Positions 60,361 through 64,000 of a stretch of 64,000 nucleotides of DNA are shown one piece after another (the first letter of the stretch is position 1; every line of letters begins with the position of its first letter). The position numbers and the translations under genes were made by a program. Source of the DNA: a virus; the IMG/VR virus record IMGVR_UViG_3300009130_001695, positions 7,619 through 71,618 of that record. One strand, written 5' to 3'. Under the pieces are notes generated by a model that searched no databases, had not been told where the DNA came from, and saw only the letters and a list, made by a program, of their open reading frames with translations.

Positions 60361-60368
60361 TTTTTCTC

Positions 60369-60396
60369 TTGACTAATTCGGTCAATATGATATAAT
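60369..60396 (+). promoter_or_regulatory. sigma70-type promoter for the Mre11-Rad50 fusion
   Basis: TTGACT-N16-TATAAT with extended TG; intergenic; ATG 9 nt after the -10 box. Confidence 0.75.
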
Positions 60397-60405
60397 ATAC
60401 AATAG

Positions 60406-63400
60406 ATGAAATTTGCTCATATTGCGGATACCCATATCCGCAACCTTAAATATCATAAAGAATATCAAACAATTTTTAATAAAATTTATGAAACTCTTAG
60501 GCAAGAGCAAGTAGATTATATTATTCATTGTGGCGATATTTGCCACACCAAAACTCAAATCTCTCCCGAATATGTGGAAATGGCTTCAAATTTTTTATCA
60601 AGTTTGGCCGACATCGCGCCAACATATATTATATTAGGAAATCATGATGGCAATTTAAGGAATGGAAACCGACAAGATTCGATCACTCCGATTGTCGATG
60701 CGTTAGCACACAAAAACTTACACCTTTTAAAAAAGTCTGGTGAAACAATTCTTAATGATAAGTTCGCCCTTAATGTTCTTTCAGTGTTCGATACTGATAA
60801 TTGGACTAAACCATCGGATAAAACCAAGACAAGCATCGCCCTTTATCATGGATCAGTAACAGGGTGCATGACTGATATTGGCTGGAAAATGGAGCATGGC
60901 GAGCATGACATATCAATCTTCAAAGATTACGATTATGCTATGCTTGGTGATATTCATCTCGAAAATCAAATACTCGATAAGGCTGGCCACATACGCTATG
61001 CGGGTTCAACCATCCAACAAAACTTTGGTGAAGCCACATGTAAGGGTTTTTTACTTTGGGATATTAAAGATAAAGAAAACTTTACTTGTAAGCCGATTTT
61101 ATATACAAGCCCAAAACCATTTATATCAGTAGCATTAACCGCAGATGGAAAAGTTCCAGAAACAGAAATTCCAGAAGGTTGCCGCCTACGACTTGTGGTG
61201 GAAAATAGTATTTCTACAACAGCACTTAAAAAAGCAGTTGATGTCGCGAAGAAGATTTACAAGCCCGAATCAGTTTCTATAATAAATCGAGCAAATTCTT
61301 CAAATGGAATTGATGTAGCCGACGATTTTAAGCGTGATGATCTTCGTGATGTCATTGTTCAAGAAACTTTAATCCGCGAATATCTATCAGACTATAAGTT
61401 GAGCAAAGAATTGGACAGCCGCATTTTAGATCTCAACAAAAAATATAATGAGATTGCAGAAAAGAATGATGAGACTTATCGCAATATGAATTATGAAATC
61501 CTGGAATTGGAATGGGATAATCTTTTTAATTATGGCAAGAAGAACAGACTAGACTTTACAAAATATACTGGAATTACTGGGATTTTTGGGAAGAACTTTT
61601 CTGGCAAGTCAAGTATTGTTGACTCGCTTTTGTTCACGATTTATAACTCAATTTCAAAGAATTCACGCAAGAGTGTGAACATTGTCAACAACGATAAGAC
61701 TGAGGGTTCTGGTCGGGTAAAGATTAAGCGCGGGAATAAAGTTTATACAATTTCTCGAAAGGTTGAAAAATACCTTAAAAAATTAAAAGGTAAAGAAACA
61801 GTTGAAGCTAAAACAATATTAGATTTTAAATGCACCGATCTTCTCACCGAAGAAACACATTCGTTAAATGGATTGACCAGAGCAGATACAGATCGGAATA
61901 TTGTTAAGTATTTTGGAACAATGGAAGATTTCCTTTTGACCTCGATGTCATCCCAACTTGGAGCATTAAATTTTATCGGAGAAGGCTCAACCAAACGTAA
62001 AGAAATCTTAGCCAAATTTTTGGATCTTGATTTACTTGACAAAAAATTTAAGAGCGCGAAAGAAGACGCAACAGATCTTAAAGCCGCAATTAAATTATTT
62101 GATAATATGGATTATGACGTTGAAATCAAAAAATATGAAAAGGAGATGCTGAACAACGAATCCATCACAGAAGCTCGCAAAAACCAATGTCAAAGATTAA
62201 AATTAAAAGTAACGGAAGTTGAAAAGGAAATTTTAGTATTAGAAGATAAGATCCAGTCTGCGCCCACAGAATTGATAGACATCGGTGAACTCGAAACAAA
62301 GATTAAAAAATGTAAAAAAAGCATTTCTGATTATGACACCAACATTCGTGATACGCTAGAATTAAGGGAAGTGAACGAAGAAAAGGTTGTAAAGGCCGAA
62401 AAGTTTATAGATGATTTTGATTTTGATGCTTTGACTTCTCAAAAAGATGAATACTCTGAAATCTCTCAAGAACTTGATACTTTAATAAATCAGATGGATA
62501 ATGATGAAAGTCAAATTGATAGATTAAATAAACAAATAGGATTGTTGAAGGAAGTTCCGTGCGGAAAAGAATTTTCTCATTGTAAGTTTATTAAAGGGGC
62601 TTACGAAGCCAAAGAAAAGGTCGAGCTTGTTCAGTTGTCGGTCAATAACAATAAAAAAGTTAGAGAAGCCCTATCAGAGAAAACACAGTCCATAAAGATA
62701 AATAACATAATTCAGGACTTGAACAAGTTTGATAAATTTTTAAACATTAAGAAAAGTCTTGAATCCGAAATAAATTCGTCTTATTTAATAATAGAAAATC
62801 TTGAATCTAAAAAATCGGTATCCGAACATGAACTGAAAGATCTGAGAAATAGAAAAAGATTATACGAAGAAAACAAAGAAGTAATCGAGAACATAAGCAA
62901 AGTCATCACAGAAAAAAATACTAAATACAAAACTTTAAGTTCCTATACAAAAACCCATGACGAATGCGAAGAAATGCTATTGGATCTTTATAAGAATCAT
63001 GGTTACTATGAACAGAAGATTGAGAACTTAAAGGAACAGAAATCTCAAAAAGAACAGACACAAAATCAATATGAAGCGTATGATCTTTATATGCGAGCGA
63101 TGCATCCAAACGGTATTGCATATGATATTATTAAAAAGAGTTTGCCGGTTATTAACTCTGAAATTTCAAAAGTGCTTGCGAATGTGGTAGACTTCGAGGT
63201 GTTCTTTGAAACGGAAGATAATCGTTTGGATATCTATATCAAACACCCTGACCGCGATCCAAGTCCATTAGAAATGGCAAGCGGTGCAGAAAAAACAGTT
63301 TCGTCGATGGCGATCCGTTTAGCATTCATCGCAGTGTCTACAATTCCACGTAGTCAATTATTTGTTCTTGATGAACCAGGAACTGCTCTTGATGAAGAAC

Positions 63401-63549
63401 GTATGGAAGGTTTTACAAGGATTCTTGAAATTGTAAAGTCTGTATTCAAAACGGTTATGTTAATTTCGCACTTGGACAACTTGAAAGATTCCGCAGATTC
63501 TATCATTAATATTGAAAAGAAGAACGGATACGCAAATGTGAACTGTTAA
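60406..63549 (+). CDS. Mre11/SbcD-Rad50/SbcC fusion (gp47-gp46-like recombination nuclease)
   Basis: ADTH, GD, GNHD and GDIH phosphoesterase motifs; Walker A GKNFSGKS; coiled coil; ASGAEK; FVLDEP; ISH. Confidence 0.92.
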   Translation: MKFAHIADTHIRNLKYHKEYQTIFNKIYETLRQEQVDYIIHCGDICHTKTQISPEYVEMASNFLSSLADIAPTYIILGNHDGNLRNGNRQDSITPIVDALAHKNLHLLKKSGETILNDKFALNVLSVFDTDNWTKPSDKTKTSIALYHGSVTGCMTDIGWKMEHGEHDISIFKDYDYAMLGDIHLENQILDKAGHIRYAGSTIQQNFGEATCKGFLLWDIKDKENFTCKPILYTSPKPFISVALTADGKVPETEIPEGCRLRLVVENSISTTALKKAVDVAKKIYKPESVSIINRANSSNGIDVADDFKRDDLRDVIVQETLIREYLSDYKLSKELDSRILDLNKKYNEIAEKNDETYRNMNYEILELEWDNLFNYGKKNRLDFTKYTGITGIFGKNFSGKSSIVDSLLFTIYNSISKNSRKSVNIVNNDKTEGSGRVKIKRGNKVYTISRKVEKYLKKLKGKETVEAKTILDFKCTDLLTEETHSLNGLTRADTDRNIVKYFGTMEDFLLTSMSSQLGALNFIGEGSTKRKEILAKFLDLDLLDKKFKSAKEDATDLKAAIKLFDNMDYDVEIKKYEKEMLNNESITEARKNQCQRLKLKVTEVEKEILVLEDKIQSAPTELIDIGELETKIKKCKKSISDYDTNIRDTLELREVNEEKVVKAEKFIDDFDFDALTSQKDEYSEISQELDTLINQMDNDESQIDRLNKQIGLLKEVPCGKEFSHCKFIKGAYEAKEKVELVQLSVNNNKKVREALSEKTQSIKINNIIQDLNKFDKFLNIKKSLESEINSSYLIIENLESKKSVSEHELKDLRNRKRLYEENKEVIENISKVITEKNTKYKTLSSYTKTHDECEEMLLDLYKNHGYYEQKIENLKEQKSQKEQTQNQYEAYDLYMRAMHPNGIAYDIIKKSLPVINSEISKVLANVVDFEVFFETEDNRLDIYIKHPDRDPSPLEMASGAEKTVSSMAIRLAFIAVSTIPRSQLFVLDEPGTALDEERMEGFTRILEIVKSVFKTVMLISHLDNLKDSADSIINIEKKNGYANVNC

Positions 63550-63560
63550 CAGAACAAGAA

Positions 63561-63570
63561 ACTATTTATA
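63561..63570 (+). promoter_or_regulatory. putative late promoter ACTATTTATA
   Basis: Identical 10-mer to 54329; intergenic, directly before AGGAGGT. Confidence 0.55.
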
Positions 63571-63585
63571 AGGAGGTGATATATT

Positions 63586-63834
63586 ATGAAAGATTTAGAA
63601 ATCAAAGACATTTTTGAAAAAGTTAGCGATGGCGTAGCCGGAATTACTGGCGTTGTCATTAATCTCGTTGCTCTTGCTATCTTGGTTGAAGTTATTTACG
63701 GCCAAGGCATCTTCGGCATGGGCGTGATTGGCAACATTACAAAGCTCGTCAACGACATTGGTTCAAGCGGCTTTGCTGGTCTAGTTTCTCTCCTTGTACT
63801 TGTTGTACTATTTAAAGGAAAGAAATCCTCATGA
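63586..63834 (+). CDS. small membrane protein
   Basis: AAGGAGGT Shine-Dalgarno; two hydrophobic helices. Confidence 0.7.
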   Translation: MKDLEIKDIFEKVSDGVAGITGVVINLVALAILVEVIYGQGIFGMGVIGNITKLVNDIGSSGFAGLVSLLVLVVLFKGKKSS

Positions 63835-64000
63835 GCGAAGTAATCAAACCAATTTTCGATAGATTAATGGGAAAAGTCATTTCCCGTAAATTCACAGTAT
63901 TCTCACTCGCAACTTTATTTTTATATCTTGGCAGCATCACTGGCGAGCAATGGGTTGCTATATCTTTGGGTTATATCGGAATACAAGGTATTGCTGATAT
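63831..64000 (+). CDS. holin-like membrane protein (partial, runs off the window)
   Basis: MSEVIKPIFDRLMGKVISRKFTVFSLATLFLYLGSITGEQWVAISLGYIGIQGIAD: SRKF motif plus transmembrane helices; ATGA overlap. Confidence 0.55.
   Translation, partial: MSEVIKPIFDRLMGKVISRKFTVFSLATLFLYLGSITGEQWVAISLGYIGIQGIAD

Noticed and set aside
60340-60370. Rho-independent terminator before the Mre11-Rad50 promoter
   Set aside because: A T-tract is present but the stem is weak and mismatched.
89-63121. Many short minus-strand and alternate-frame ORFs in the track
   Set aside because: All lie within longer + strand genes that have clear motifs; none shows a recognisable domain, so they are treated as shadow ORFs.
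1-64000. Stop-codon reassignment, as seen in some large phages
   Set aside because: Genes are intact in code 11 at very high coding density, and TAA, TAG and TGA all serve as stops.
1-64000. tRNA, rRNA, CRISPR array, integrase, transposase, reverse transcriptase/DGR, intein or intron
   Set aside because: No cloverleaf, spaced repeats or catalytic motifs were seen, and the intergenic gaps are too short. The 46447/51257 pair differs at synonymous sites of all base types, not adenine-specifically as in a DGR.

Overview
This 64 kb window looks like part of a large, AT-rich dsDNA myovirus genome with T4-like modules; no cellular housekeeping genes are seen. About 53 tightly packed genes all lie on the + strand, in the standard genetic code. 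(1) 1-20.9 kb: a glycan biosynthesis island with about 8 glycosyltransferase-like genes, an apparently complete ADP-heptose pathway (GmhA-like SIS-HAD fusion, HldA, HldC, HldD, a second HAD), a GT9-like transferase, RmlA/RmlB, a Fcl-like enzyme, two DegT aminotransferases, a NeuA-like CMP transferase, a Maf/DUF115-like protein, a TylF methyltransferase and a B12 radical SAM enzyme. (2) 20.9-22.7 kb: a Zn-ribbon protein, a gp55-like late sigma factor and a possible small terminase. (3) 22.6-57.6 kb: a baseplate/tail module with gp5-like, gp25, gp6 and giant 2641, 3573, 1277 and 929 aa proteins. (4) 57.6-64 kb: RuvC, primase, an Mre11-Rad50 fusion and holin-like genes. The most notable observations are: a candidate virion glycosylation system (heptose pathway plus tail proteins selectively rich in [ST]-[GA]-[ST]); an uncalled 32-aa micro-ORF with 10 Cys; a recurring CTAWTTA putative late promoter; a 22-aa motif shared by two giant proteins; shared MKLTKxKLQxIIxEEL leaders; and an apparently split tail-collar domain. 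All family calls come from reading motifs by eye; no database searches were run.
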